In this document: in pieces, positions 46,213 through 55,770 of the stretch
How positions within the stretch are numbered: position 1 is the stretch's first letter
Layout: each line of letters starts with the position of its first letter
Assembly: GCA_965209055.1 (NCBI GenBank)
Contig: OZ242374.1
Coordinates: forward strand, 4,256,001 to 4,320,000
Source: Acidobacteriota bacterium
GTDB lineage: Bacteria; Acidobacteriota; UBA6911; RPQK01; JAJDTT01
DNA: 64,000 nt
Reading direction: 5' to 3'
Made by a program: the position numbers and the translations under genes
The notes under the pieces: generated by a model
The model's input: the letters and a program-made list of their open reading frames with translations, nothing else
Databases searched by the model: none
Told to the model about the DNA's origin: nothing

Positions 46213-47283
46213 ATGCGAGTCAATATTTTTCTGGTCATCGTATTGATCTCTTCGGTTGTCTGGCTATTTGGCTGCCAAGCTGAGGAACCGGCGCCAGAGT
46301 TGCCCTACTACAGGATTCCGCAAGACATCCAGGCCTTCGTGCCGCAACCGATTCGCGGAGGCGGTGTCCGGCCCAAACTCATGGAACTGTTGGGACTGGA
46401 GAGCCTTCCCACCAGAGTGGAGGTCACTCGCGAAGCGACGGTTTCCGGTGACGACGGCATCGATTCGACCCGCATCAGCTTCCTCAATTCGCTGGGCGAG
46501 ACGGTGCCCGGTCTCTTGATGGTTCCCCGGGGCGCCGCACCCCAGACACTTCCCGGCATCGTCTGCATGCCCGGCACCAGCGGCAGCGTGGACCAGATCA
46601 GCGACGAGCGCCTTTACCGGGAGAGGGATGGTCAGGGGCCGTTGAGGGGTTGGGCCCGGGAGTTGGCCCGACGGGGCTTCGCCACGCTCGCCATCAACTT
46701 GAAGGGAACCGTGATCCGGCGCCGGGTGTTCGAGGACTGGGAAAGAGAGGCCAAGATGCTGATCCCCTATGGCCGGACCCAGATGGGGGTCCTGGTGGAG
46801 GAGGCCCTGAAAGCGGCGCGGGTGCTGGAGGCCGAGCCGGCGGTCGACCCGGCGCGGGTCGGCCTGACGGGATTCTCGCTGGGCAGCTACGCGACCTGGA
46901 TGGCCGCCGCCTGCGATCCCTCGATTCCCGCAGTAGCGGTCCTCTGCGGCGGCCTGGGGACTCTGGCCGCCGTAATCCATGAAGGGGATCCGGACCGGTC
47001 CAGTTCCTACTGCTACATCCCCCACATGCTGCGGTATTTCGACCACCCGGAGATCGTCGCCGCCACCATCGCTCCCCGGCCTCTGATGATGCTGGCGCCC
47101 TTGCGCGACCAGGACATGCCCCGTTCGGGCGTGGACCGGCTCATCGAGGTGGTTCGGCCGGTGTACGAGGAAAAGGGTCTGGCGGAGCGGTTCGTCGTCC
47201 ACCGTCCTGACGACGAGCACAACTTTCGCATCGAGTACTTCGAATGGACGGTGGAGTGGTTCAAGTCTCAGCTCGGAGAGTGA
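46213..47283 (+). CDS. Alpha/beta hydrolase (dienelactone hydrolase/acetyl esterase-like) lipoprotein
   Basis: LFGC lipobox; VDPARVGLTGFSLGS nucleophile elbow; IAPRPL, D and HNF triad candidates. Confidence 0.85.
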   Translation: MRVNIFLVIVLISSVVWLFGCQAEEPAPELPYYRIPQDIQAFVPQPIRGGGVRPKLMELLGLESLPTRVEVTREATVSGDDGIDSTRISFLNSLGETVPGLLMVPRGAAPQTLPGIVCMPGTSGSVDQISDERLYRERDGQGPLRGWARELARRGFATLAINLKGTVIRRRVFEDWEREAKMLIPYGRTQMGVLVEEALKAARVLEAEPAVDPARVGLTGFSLGSYATWMAAACDPSIPAVAVLCGGLGTLAAVIHEGDPDRSSSYCYIPHMLRYFDHPEIVAATIAPRPLMMLAPLRDQDMPRSGVDRLIEVVRPVYEEKGLAERFVVHRPDDEHNFRIEYFEWTVEWFKSQLGE

Positions 47284-47296
47284 CTCTCCGCGGGGA

Positions 47297-48082
47297 TCAA
47301 TACCACCACCGCTCGTAGGCCAGGAAGCCCCCGTCGACGACGATGGCCGACCCGTTGACGTAGGTGCACTCGTCCGACGCCAGAAAGACCGCCGCCGAGG
47401 CCACCTCTGCCGGCGTGCCCGCCCGGTTCAGCGGCACCGACTTCTCGATTCCGGTTCGTCTGCGCTCCTCCCGGAAGATGGGCCTCGCTCCTTCCGTCTC
47501 CGTCATTCCCGGCGCGATGGCGTTGACGATGATCTTGTGCGATCCCAATTCCACGGCCATGGACCGGGTCAGGCCCATGACGCCGTGCTTGGCCGCGACG
47601 TAGTTGGCGCCCCCCAGGTCGGCGCCGAAGCTGGCAGTGGACGCGATGTTGATGATCCGTCCCCGGATGTTCCGGCGAACCATGTAGCGCGCCACCTTCT
47701 GGCTGCAGATGAAGAGGCTGGTGAGGTTGATGTCGATGACCCGGTTCCAGTTCTCCAGATCGAGATCGAGGCAGTGGGCGAAGAGCTGGGGATGGTGCAC
47801 CGCGGTCACCCCGGCGTTGTTGACCAGGACATCGATTCGGCCGAACTGCTCGTCGCAGGCTTCGACCAGGGTGTTCACCTGTTCCGGAACGGTGACGTCG
47901 GTGGGAATGGAGACCGCCTCTCCCCCTTTAGCCGAGATCTCGCGGCAGGTGCTTTCACCCGCGTCGGGTCGAATCTCGCCGATGGCGACGCTGGCCCCCT
48001 CGGCAGCAAAGCGGAGTGCGATGGCGCGGCCCAATCCAGTGCCGCCGCCGGTGACGATGGCCACCTTTCCCTCGAGTCGCAT
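47297..48082 (-). CDS. Short-chain dehydrogenase/reductase (SDR)
   Basis: TGGGTGLG, LVNNAG, INIAS, YVAAK, VDGG. ATG 48082 with AGGAGG SD. Confidence 0.93.
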   Translation of the reverse strand: MRLEGKVAIVTGGGTGLGRAIALRFAAEGASVAIGEIRPDAGESTCREISAKGGEAVSIPTDVTVPEQVNTLVEACDEQFGRIDVLVNNAGVTAVHHPQLFAHCLDLDLENWNRVIDINLTSLFICSQKVARYMVRRNIRGRIINIASTASFGADLGGANYVAAKHGVMGLTRSMAVELGSHKIIVNAIAPGMTETEGARPIFREERRRTGIEKSVPLNRAGTPAEVASAAVFLASDECTYVNGSAIVVDGGFLAYERWWY

Positions 48083-48367
48083 CTCTGTCGCCTCCTGAAT
48101 TCTCAAGTCCCCAGGGGGGCGGGTTCGGACGACCGTACTTCCCGGTCCCGCCGGAGGCTCTCCTCAAGCTCAGTTCGGGTTGCAGCGTAGCAGGACAGGG
48201 CCGAAGTCGCTATGAAATCCCATGACCCGCCGTTCAGCCGATTCCTGCCCTGGGAAGGGCTAACCACGCAGGAATAATGGATTCTCAAGGTTCGGCGTTG
48301 AGACCGGTCCTTGCCAGCGGCGGCGGCTGCGGACTACCCTTGACCGCTCATTCGACAGAGTTGGTCC

Positions 48368-49270
48368 ATGCGTTGCCGTCGATTCCTTTTTGTCATGGGT
48401 CTGGGGCTGATTTTGAGGTGCGGTGAAGCGCCGCCACCTGAGACCCCGGAACCCTACGAGTTCACCTACGACTGGTTCACCAGCGCCGTTCCGGTCTGGA
48501 CCCGGGTCTTGGAGCCCTACGCGGGCCGGCCCGACACCCACTACCTGGAAGTGGGGGTCTTCGAGGGCCGATCCGCTGTCTGGATGTTGAATAATATTCT
48601 CACCGATCCAACGTCAACTCTCACTGGAATAGACCTTTTTCCAGGAGACTTGAAGGAACGGTATCTCGCCAACCTCGAACTCTCGGGGGCTGCTCACAAG
48701 GCCATCACCATCACCGGCCGTTCCCAGGTCAAGCTCCGCGGCCTGAAGCCCGATTCCTACGACATCATCTATATCGACGGCGGCCACACGGGGGACATGG
48801 TCCTGGCGGATGCGGTGTTGTCGTGGGACCTGCTGAAGGTCGGGGGCCTCCTGATCTTCGACGACTACCGGTGGAAGATGGAGGAATACCCGGCGGAGGT
48901 CCGGCCCGGTGTGAGCATCCAAGCCTTCATCACCGCCTATCGAAACTATCTGGAACTGGTGCACCTCGACTACCAGGCCATCGTCCGAAAGAAGGAAGGG
49001 CCGGCCCTGGCCGACCCGTACCTGACCGTCCTGGGGGACTATGCGTATGCCTGGGAAACCCGGGAACTTCGGCGTCGCGACGATGGGACGCCGGTTGATC
49101 TCTCCGCTGAGGAGAGGACACTGCTGGAAGATCTGATCCGGTCCCGCCCATTTGGAGAAACGGCCTTCGTGGTTGGTCCGGCTCAGGCCCTGGACAACGA
49201 ACTCAGGGCTCTGGTCCATCGTCTGGACCTGGAGTTGGACCTGAGATGGATGGCGGACGAAAACCCTTGA
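48368..49270 (+). CDS. Class I SAM-dependent methyltransferase (Methyltransf_24-like) with hydrophobic N-terminus
   Basis: FTYDWF, YLEVGVFEGRS, GID, YDIIYIDGGH, LKVGGLLIFDDY. Confidence 0.88.
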   Translation: MRCRRFLFVMGLGLILRCGEAPPPETPEPYEFTYDWFTSAVPVWTRVLEPYAGRPDTHYLEVGVFEGRSAVWMLNNILTDPTSTLTGIDLFPGDLKERYLANLELSGAAHKAITITGRSQVKLRGLKPDSYDIIYIDGGHTGDMVLADAVLSWDLLKVGGLLIFDDYRWKMEEYPAEVRPGVSIQAFITAYRNYLELVHLDYQAIVRKKEGPALADPYLTVLGDYAYAWETRELRRRDDGTPVDLSAEERTLLEDLIRSRPFGETAFVVGPAQALDNELRALVHRLDLELDLRWMADENP

Positions 49271-49277
49271 CCCACGT

Positions 49278-50420
49278 TCACCGCGGGCGAACAAGGCCAC
49301 GTCCCAATCCCACCAGGAACAGGACTCCGGCCACCAGGCTGATTCCAAGACAGGCATGGAGCATGGCCGGTATCCCGATATTGCCCGCCACCGGTCCCAA
49401 CAGCCATCCCGCCACCGAGTTTCCGAGATCCAGAGCGCTGAAGTAGAGGGCGATGATCCGGGGGCGATTCTCGTGGTTGGTGTGGTCGGAGACGAAGGTG
49501 GTCATGGCCGTCATGTAGGCGCCGAAACCCGCTCCGTAGACGAGTCCCGCGGCACCCAGCCCGGTCATGGATTCGATTCCTCCGATGAGGTAAACACCGG
49601 CGACCAGCAGCAATTGGGCCAGGAACCCGGCCGGTAGCCGCCCCAGGCTGTCGGCGACTCGTCCCGAGACCAGTCGTCCCGAAAGCGCGGCGATAGCAAA
49701 GCAGGTAAAGAAAACGCCCCCGTTGCCACCGAGGGCCTGATTCACTTGGAGCGGCAGAAAGTAGAAGACTCCGCCGTGCACCACGGCGTTCAGAAAGAGC
49801 AGGAGCGTCGCCAGGAGAATGGGACGGCCGATCCTGCGATGGGGGTCCCGTTCCCCCGGCGGTTGAAGATTTTCAGGGTGGACCTCCTCCTTCACTCGCG
49901 AGAGCAACACCAGGCCGATCAACGCCACACCGGCGGTACCGGAAAAAAGGAGGTTCGGTCCGGCCTGCTCCAACAGGAGGACGGCCAACAATGGACCCGC
50001 CGACAGCACCGCCGTGTGGCTCATTCCCAGGTAGGACAGGGATCGGCCCCTCCGGTGCTTGGGGGTCTGATCGATGGCCATGGTGGTGGTGGCCGTGATC
50101 AGCAGGGACGAACCCACGCCTTGGAGCACTCGAAAGATCACGTACGACGAGACGTGGGGCACCCACCAGTAGAGAAGAACGGATCCGCCAATGAGCACCG
50201 CACCGTAGGTGGCGACCCGTTTGCGGGAACGGCTTCCCAGAAGCCACGTCGCCAACGGACGTCCCGCCAGGACGCCGGCGGCGTAGCTTCCCATCACGAA
50301 CCCGATCCGGCTCACCTCCACGTTCCGGCCGGCCAGGACCAAAGGGAGCCCGATCAGCAGCAGGGCGTAACAGCCGGAGAAACAGACACGGGCGGTCAAA
50401 AGACGGCCGAACGAACTCAT
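49278..50420 (-). CDS. MFS transporter
   Basis: About 12 hydrophobic helices, FRVLQGVG, PKHRRGRS, GRVADSLGR motif A. ATG 50420 with GAAGGG SD. Confidence 0.9.
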   Translation of the reverse strand: MSSFGRLLTARVCFSGCYALLLIGLPLVLAGRNVEVSRIGFVMGSYAAGVLAGRPLATWLLGSRSRKRVATYGAVLIGGSVLLYWWVPHVSSYVIFRVLQGVGSSLLITATTTMAIDQTPKHRRGRSLSYLGMSHTAVLSAGPLLAVLLLEQAGPNLLFSGTAGVALIGLVLLSRVKEEVHPENLQPPGERDPHRRIGRPILLATLLLFLNAVVHGGVFYFLPLQVNQALGGNGGVFFTCFAIAALSGRLVSGRVADSLGRLPAGFLAQLLLVAGVYLIGGIESMTGLGAAGLVYGAGFGAYMTAMTTFVSDHTNHENRPRIIALYFSALDLGNSVAGWLLGPVAGNIGIPAMLHACLGISLVAGVLFLVGLGRGLVRPR

Positions 50421-50473
50421 TGATCCCTTCTTACGGTCGCAGTGGCTGTCGCCCGGCACGTGGGCTGCCTGTT

Positions 50474-51691
50474 TCAACAGGCAAGCCGGATTCCGAAACA
50501 GGTGAGCAGGGGAGAGAGGACGGTATGAATCTCGAACGCCTTTCCCGCGGCACGGTTCTGGGAGGAGATCCTCCGGTAGCGGGCTTCATCCCGAAACAAG
50601 TCCCGGATAGCTTCCGACCAGCACTCGTGGCCGGCCAGGGATTCGCACCAGAGCCGGTTTTCCTCTCCGACCGCTTCGCGAATGCCCCCCGAGCGGGGTC
50701 CGCCCCGGTACAGCACCGGCGTGCCTCTGGAGGCGAAGGTGACGGAGGAGCTACTGATGGCCTCGGTGAAGTTGTCCTCCTCTTCCAGTCCCGAGCCCAT
50801 GAGCATGAGGTCGGTCCGGCTGGAGAGGGCCAGGACTTCGGGAAAGGAGAGAGGACCGGCCCAGGCACGGCCTGCCGAGATCCAATGAGCCAGGACCTGG
50901 CCGACCCGGTCCCGTTCGGAACCCGACCCCGCCATGACCGCGCGGACCAACGGTTCCCGTTTCAACAGTGCGTCCAGGACGTGGGCGACCTTGAGAGCCC
51001 CTTTCTCCACCGCCATTCGCCCGGCGAACGCCACCAGCCGCCCTCGGTTCGGGCGATTCCCGGGAAACATTTTCTCCTCCAGACTCCGGGCCTCCGACTC
51101 GAGAGTCTCACTGGAGAAAGGATGAAAGGTCACGGGCGCCACCACCCCATTCACCGGCAGATCGATTTTCCGCGCCAGATCTTTCAGCCAACTGGAAACG
51201 GTGAAGATGCCGTCGCATCGTTCCAGCGCCCGGCGGTATCGACGTCCCGACCAGGTTTCTCCCCAAGGCCTGGCCAACTGCAGCGTATCGGTTCCCCGCA
51301 GCAGGCTCACCACCGGAATCGATGGCTTCCGGCAGACATTGAGGACATCGGCCAGATAGCTCAGAGGGGAGACGGCGAGAACTCCACGAACCCCGTTTGG
51401 GTACTCCCGAAGGATGCCGTCGATGGAGTCGGCCACCACGCAGGAGCTCAAGCTGTGGGGCACTTTGGCCATTGGCTCGTATTGAACCTCGATGCGCCGG
51501 TAGCGGCGGGCCGCCACGGGAGGGGTGATCCGAACGCTGTGCCGGGAACCCTCCCGGGAGGAATGGGTGACGTGGACTACGGGAATTCCGGCGTTTCCCG
51601 CCAGGAATTCCGACAGTTGCCACGAGAAAATGCTGTGTCCCGACAGATAGGAATCGGGATTGCGGGAGATGATGACCAGCGGTTTGCTCAT
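50474..51691 (-). CDS. Glycosyltransferase family 4 (divergent, BshA-like features)
   Basis: LRGTD, FTVSSW, FAGRMAVEKG, AGSGSE. The ExxxxxxxE motif is degenerate (EAISSSSVT). Confidence 0.72.
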   Translation of the reverse strand: MSKPLVIISRNPDSYLSGHSIFSWQLSEFLAGNAGIPVVHVTHSSREGSRHSVRITPPVAARRYRRIEVQYEPMAKVPHSLSSCVVADSIDGILREYPNGVRGVLAVSPLSYLADVLNVCRKPSIPVVSLLRGTDTLQLARPWGETWSGRRYRRALERCDGIFTVSSWLKDLARKIDLPVNGVVAPVTFHPFSSETLESEARSLEEKMFPGNRPNRGRLVAFAGRMAVEKGALKVAHVLDALLKREPLVRAVMAGSGSERDRVGQVLAHWISAGRAWAGPLSFPEVLALSSRTDLMLMGSGLEEEDNFTEAISSSSVTFASRGTPVLYRGGPRSGGIREAVGEENRLWCESLAGHECWSEAIRDLFRDEARYRRISSQNRAAGKAFEIHTVLSPLLTCFGIRLAC

Positions 51692-52914
51692 GCCCGTTTC
51701 TCGTCCATCAGACGTCGATACAGGGTCAAATGGTCGCTTGCGTACCGGTCCAGCGTCAAGCCGGCAGCGGTCTCCCGGGCCGCAGCGGCCAAGCTCCGGC
51801 GCAGGTCGTCCGAGAGCAAAATGGACTCGAGTCCCCGCACCAGATCGTCGACGTGATTCGGGGAAAAAACGATTCCGTTGACCCTATGGCGAACATATTC
51901 CACGAGGCCTCCGTCACCGGATACGGCGGGGCAACAGCCCAGGAGCATCCCTTCCAGATGGCTGCGTCCCGCTCCCTCGTTCCGAGCCGGGTAGACGACG
52001 ATCTGCGCGGCGGAATAGAGAGCGCGTAGATCGGCCGGAGAAAGCGTTTCCAGGAAGGTGACGTGGCCGTCCAGATCCAGGTTGGAGACCAGCTTCTCCA
52101 AGCGGGACTTGAAGGGAAGTCCTTCCGGTAGAGTCGGCCCCGGTAGAGCCAGCCTCACCCCCAGGCTCGCGTCCCGGACCGCCCGGCTCCGAACCACCCG
52201 GTGCAGGCCGCGGATCAGAAACTCGTGGTTTTTCCGCGGTATGAATCGCGCCGGGTAGACCATAAGGCGATCCGTCGCTCCCGGCGCAAGCCGTCGCCGC
52301 CAGGCATCGCGATCACGGTTCGCGACGGCGCCCGGATTCCAGAAGTCGCGGTCGACGAAGAATCCACGATAGTCGACACGGGGACCGCCGAAAGCGGCAG
52401 CCGAGAAACGGGTCACGGCACAGACGCGATCCGCCAACCGGCAGGACTCCCGGAGGATTTCGGCCATCTTCGGTGTCGCGGGCCTTCCTTCATGGTGGGT
52501 GATGACGGCGGGTGTGCCTGCGGCCCCGGCGGCCTCCAGGGCCACGACCTGGATTCGATGCCGAACCAGGTGGACGTGCAGCAGATGGGGCCGCTCCCGC
52601 CGCAGCAACCCGTCCAGGTGGCGCCGGAACGCGGTGCAGGCCGTGTCGGAGTCCATGTCGGTGCGTCCGAGAGTACGCATGGGTACGAGGCAGGGAAAGA
52701 CTCGGATCGGGGTACGCGCCTCATACAAGTGGCCATCCCGGCGCCTGACCTTTCCCGCGGCCTCCAGCGCCTCCATCTGCGACTCTCCCACCAGGAAGGT
52801 CTGGAGCACCTCGGCACGGCCGGTCCCGGCCAGCGCCCGGTTCAGCGCGCGCAGGTGGCCCATGAGGCCGCCGGTGTTGACCAGGTAGTCGTGGGAGAAG
52901 CGGAGGACCTTCAC
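51688..52914 (-). CDS. Glycosyltransferase family 4
   Basis: GG at N-terminus, PHLLHVH, VITHH, ARFIPRKN, EGAGRSHLE (E-x7-E), VRHRVNG. Confidence 0.88.
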   Translation of the reverse strand: MKVLRFSHDYLVNTGGLMGHLRALNRALAGTGRAEVLQTFLVGESQMEALEAAGKVRRRDGHLYEARTPIRVFPCLVPMRTLGRTDMDSDTACTAFRRHLDGLLRRERPHLLHVHLVRHRIQVVALEAAGAAGTPAVITHHEGRPATPKMAEILRESCRLADRVCAVTRFSAAAFGGPRVDYRGFFVDRDFWNPGAVANRDRDAWRRRLAPGATDRLMVYPARFIPRKNHEFLIRGLHRVVRSRAVRDASLGVRLALPGPTLPEGLPFKSRLEKLVSNLDLDGHVTFLETLSPADLRALYSAAQIVVYPARNEGAGRSHLEGMLLGCCPAVSGDGGLVEYVRHRVNGIVFSPNHVDDLVRGLESILLSDDLRRSLAAAARETAAGLTLDRYASDHLTLYRRLMDEKRA

Positions 52915-52926
52915 CGGGGAGCGGCG

Positions 52927-54324
52927 TCAGGCCCTCGACCAGGGGCCGGTGATGGCCACCGTGAGGCCCTTCTGCTGGATGTTGACCAGGAGTGTCGACC
53001 CGTCTGGGGTGAAGCAGGCGCCGGCGAATTCGGTCCGCAGCCGGTTGTTGGCCAGAACGTAGCACCGGCCCTCCGGAGTGACTCCGATGAGACGCACGAC
53101 CTCGGTGGATCGATCCTCGCAAAGGACCAGGTCGCCCCAGGGGCTCAGTGTCAGGTTGTCGGCGCTCTTGAGCAGGTCCACGTCGTCCGGTTCGATGAAG
53201 AGCTCCAGGGCACCGGGCGCTTGACTCTCCTCCGGCGTGCCTTCCCCCGGGCTTGGCCGGTACTTAAAGATCTGGCCGTTTCTGCGGTACCCGCCGTTGG
53301 TGCAGGCGAAATAGACCGTTTGGTTGCCGTACCACATGCCTTCTCCCCGGGCGAAGCGAGCGGCGCCGGCCTCAAATCCCCGGTATCGCAGGTTGTCCTC
53401 CCGGGGGTCCGGGTCCTCGATATCGATCCACTCGACGGCCACCGGTTCTCCAACGGGGATGGTTCTCCAGAGATTCCAGTTGCGAGTGTCCGCACTGCTC
53501 CGGTCCCGGATCTTGAGGACCTGAAGCCGTCCTCCCGCCTGCAATTTGCCGGGGGACTTGGGGAGAAACCGGTAGAGGAGGCCGTCGCCTCGATCTTCCG
53601 TCTGGTAGACGATTCCGGTCTCCTCGGCCACGGCGACGGCTTCATGATTGAAACGGCCCATGGCGCGCAGGGGGACGGGGTCCACAACCTCCATTCCGGT
53701 CGTGGCGGGAACCTCGAAGTTGTAGCCATGGTCCTGATCGGCCCAGATTCCAGCCTCTTCGTCGTGTCCGGCCGTCCGCACGGTCTCCTCGCAACTGATC
53801 CAACTGTTCCAGGGCGTGGCTCCCCCGGCACAGTTGCGTATGGTTCCCGCCAGACTCAGGAACTGGGAGACGATCTCCTGGCGGCCCGTATCGAAGAGAA
53901 ACGTGCTGGTGCCCCCGCACGACGGGGTCTTGCCTTCACCGAAGTCGTAGATCTTGCCGCGATCCAGCAGCTCCAGCCGGCGGTTGTCCCTGCCGAACGG
54001 GCCGCGGTCCGATTGAGTCGTCAGTTCATGATTGCGGATCACGACGGCGAGACCGTCCGGTCCCGGAAAGGCGGCCATGCCGTCGGGCGCCCCGGGCAGG
54101 AACAGGCCGTCCGACATGGTCTGCCCGGCCCAGGACACGATGCGGTACCGGAACCCCTCCGGGAGATCCAGGATGCCCCTGGGGTCGCGTTGCAACGGTC
54201 CGTACCCGGGATCCACCAGGTCGGCATCTTTGTAGAGGGGACGGTCACTCATCAAGTGACGCAGGCCCAGGAAACCGGCGGGAACCAAGCCTCCCGCAAT
54301 CAGGAAATGGCGGCGATCGAGCAT
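52927..54324 (-). CDS. phoX: PhoX-type alkaline phosphatase (DUF839), Tat-exported
   Basis: Tat signal DRRHFL, IRNHE, RNCAGGATPW..ISCEE, GRFNHEA, RGEG, DNL, CED, EFAG, VNIQ. ATG 54324. Confidence 0.88.
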   Translation of the reverse strand: MLDRRHFLIAGGLVPAGFLGLRHLMSDRPLYKDADLVDPGYGPLQRDPRGILDLPEGFRYRIVSWAGQTMSDGLFLPGAPDGMAAFPGPDGLAVVIRNHELTTQSDRGPFGRDNRRLELLDRGKIYDFGEGKTPSCGGTSTFLFDTGRQEIVSQFLSLAGTIRNCAGGATPWNSWISCEETVRTAGHDEEAGIWADQDHGYNFEVPATTGMEVVDPVPLRAMGRFNHEAVAVAEETGIVYQTEDRGDGLLYRFLPKSPGKLQAGGRLQVLKIRDRSSADTRNWNLWRTIPVGEPVAVEWIDIEDPDPREDNLRYRGFEAGAARFARGEGMWYGNQTVYFACTNGGYRRNGQIFKYRPSPGEGTPEESQAPGALELFIEPDDVDLLKSADNLTLSPWGDLVLCEDRSTEVVRLIGVTPEGRCYVLANNRLRTEFAGACFTPDGSTLLVNIQQKGLTVAITGPWSRA

Positions 54325-54483
54325 TTTGTCTTCTCCTGCTTTAATCGGCGCGTCCGCGCCGCGTACTGCCCAAGTTTGCCAGCGACTCGTTGGTTCCACA
54401 AGCGCCCGGCTTCGGCCGCGACCGGCGATCTGGTCTATAATCGGTTCCACAACAGCGTTTGCGGCCGTCTTTCACGAGGTCGA

Positions 54484-55749
54484 ATGTTCCTTACCCACAG
54501 AGGCCTTCGCCATCTTTCAATTCTCTTCAGCCTGTTCCTCTGGACCGGCATCTCCCAATGCCGGGCTGAGGTCCTGGGAGTGACGTTCCCCTATCGGTCC
54601 CCCAAGGGAGATTACGTCACCCGGCAGGACCGATACCATACCTTCCGGATCCCGGGGATGGTCGTCGCCGGCGACGGGTCGATTCTGGCCTTCGCGGAAG
54701 GCCGCCGGGGCCGGGGAAGAGATCCCACAATCGACGAGAACGCTCCTCTCGATATGGTCCTGCGCCGGAGCACCGATCAAGGCAGGACCTGGGAACCGAT
54801 GCAGGTCATCGATTCCGGTTTCCGGCCGGACGGGAGCCTGGTCGATTTCGCCGACCCGACTCCCGTTCTCGACGCCGTGACCCAGACCGTGCACCTGTTG
54901 TACGGACAGTGGCCCGACCGGGGCCCGCTGGTGATGAAGCCGGGTCAGAACCCGGCCGCCGGCGCCGTCAATCACGTGACCTGGGTCCGCTCCAGCAACG
55001 ACCACGGCCGGACCTGGTCCCCGCGCCGTCAGATCGACTATCCGGATGAGCCGTCCGAAACCAACGATGGATTCTATTGGAGGCAAGCCGAACCGGGTCC
55101 CGGCCATGGAATCCAGCTCCAATGGCAGGATCCACAGGTAGCCCCCAACGGCCGTCTCGTGGTGCCGGCCAAGCGGTACCGTTCCCGGACGCCGGACGGA
55201 CGGGCCACGGCGGAACCGTTCGTCTACTATTCGGACGACCACGGAAGAACCTGGAAGGTAGGACGCGCCACCGGTGGACCCGCAGCCAACGAGGACGAGG
55301 TCGTGGAGCTGACCGACGGCCGGTTGCTGCTGGACGCGCGGCAGACCCGCGGGGCTTTTCGCCGGCGCCACATCAGCGCCGACGGCGGCCTCACATGGGG
55401 CCCCGACCTGTCGGACACCATAGCCCTCACGCGGGTGGACGGTTCCATGGTCCGCTATTCGGCCACCCGGGCCGGCCATGACAAGGACCGGATCCTGTTC
55501 TCGGCTCCCCAAGGCCGAGACGGTCTCAACCGGACGAGGATCACCGTCTGGACCAGCTACGACGAGGGAGAGACCTTCGTCAATCCGGTCAAATTCAACG
55601 ATGGGTTCGCCGCCTATTCGGTTCTGCAGCGGCTGTCGGACGGAACCATCGGCCTCCTGGCGGAGACCTCCCAGGAGGAGGGCGTCCGATACGGCGAGAT
55701 CAGCTTCCACCGTTTCGACATCGGCGAGTTGGAAGAGGGTTCCCGGTAG
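54484..55749 (+). CDS. Sialidase (GH33)
   Basis: Signal peptide, FRIP motif, AEGR, five Asp boxes (STDQGRTW, SNDHGRTW, SDDHGRTW, SADGGLTW, SYDEGETF), C-terminal YS. Start placed at ATG 54484 inside the 52201 shadow ORF. Confidence 0.9.
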   Translation: MFLTHRGLRHLSILFSLFLWTGISQCRAEVLGVTFPYRSPKGDYVTRQDRYHTFRIPGMVVAGDGSILAFAEGRRGRGRDPTIDENAPLDMVLRRSTDQGRTWEPMQVIDSGFRPDGSLVDFADPTPVLDAVTQTVHLLYGQWPDRGPLVMKPGQNPAAGAVNHVTWVRSSNDHGRTWSPRRQIDYPDEPSETNDGFYWRQAEPGPGHGIQLQWQDPQVAPNGRLVVPAKRYRSRTPDGRATAEPFVYYSDDHGRTWKVGRATGGPAANEDEVVELTDGRLLLDARQTRGAFRRRHISADGGLTWGPDLSDTIALTRVDGSMVRYSATRAGHDKDRILFSAPQGRDGLNRTRITVWTSYDEGETFVNPVKFNDGFAAYSVLQRLSDGTIGLLAETSQEEGVRYGEISFHRFDIGELEEGSR

Positions 55750-55770
55750 GCACCCGGGGCGTCCGACACC

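Noticed and set aside
48107-48367. Possible 6S RNA, tRNA or SAM/SAH riboswitch
   Set aside because: No cloverleaf or T-loop and no match to remembered consensus elements; kept only as unexplained hairpins.
52201-54483. N-terminal ~760 aa of the 1182-aa plus-strand ORF, an apparent giant sialidase fusion
   Set aside because: Antisense to the GT4 and phoX genes; the sialidase has its own ATG and signal peptide at 54484.
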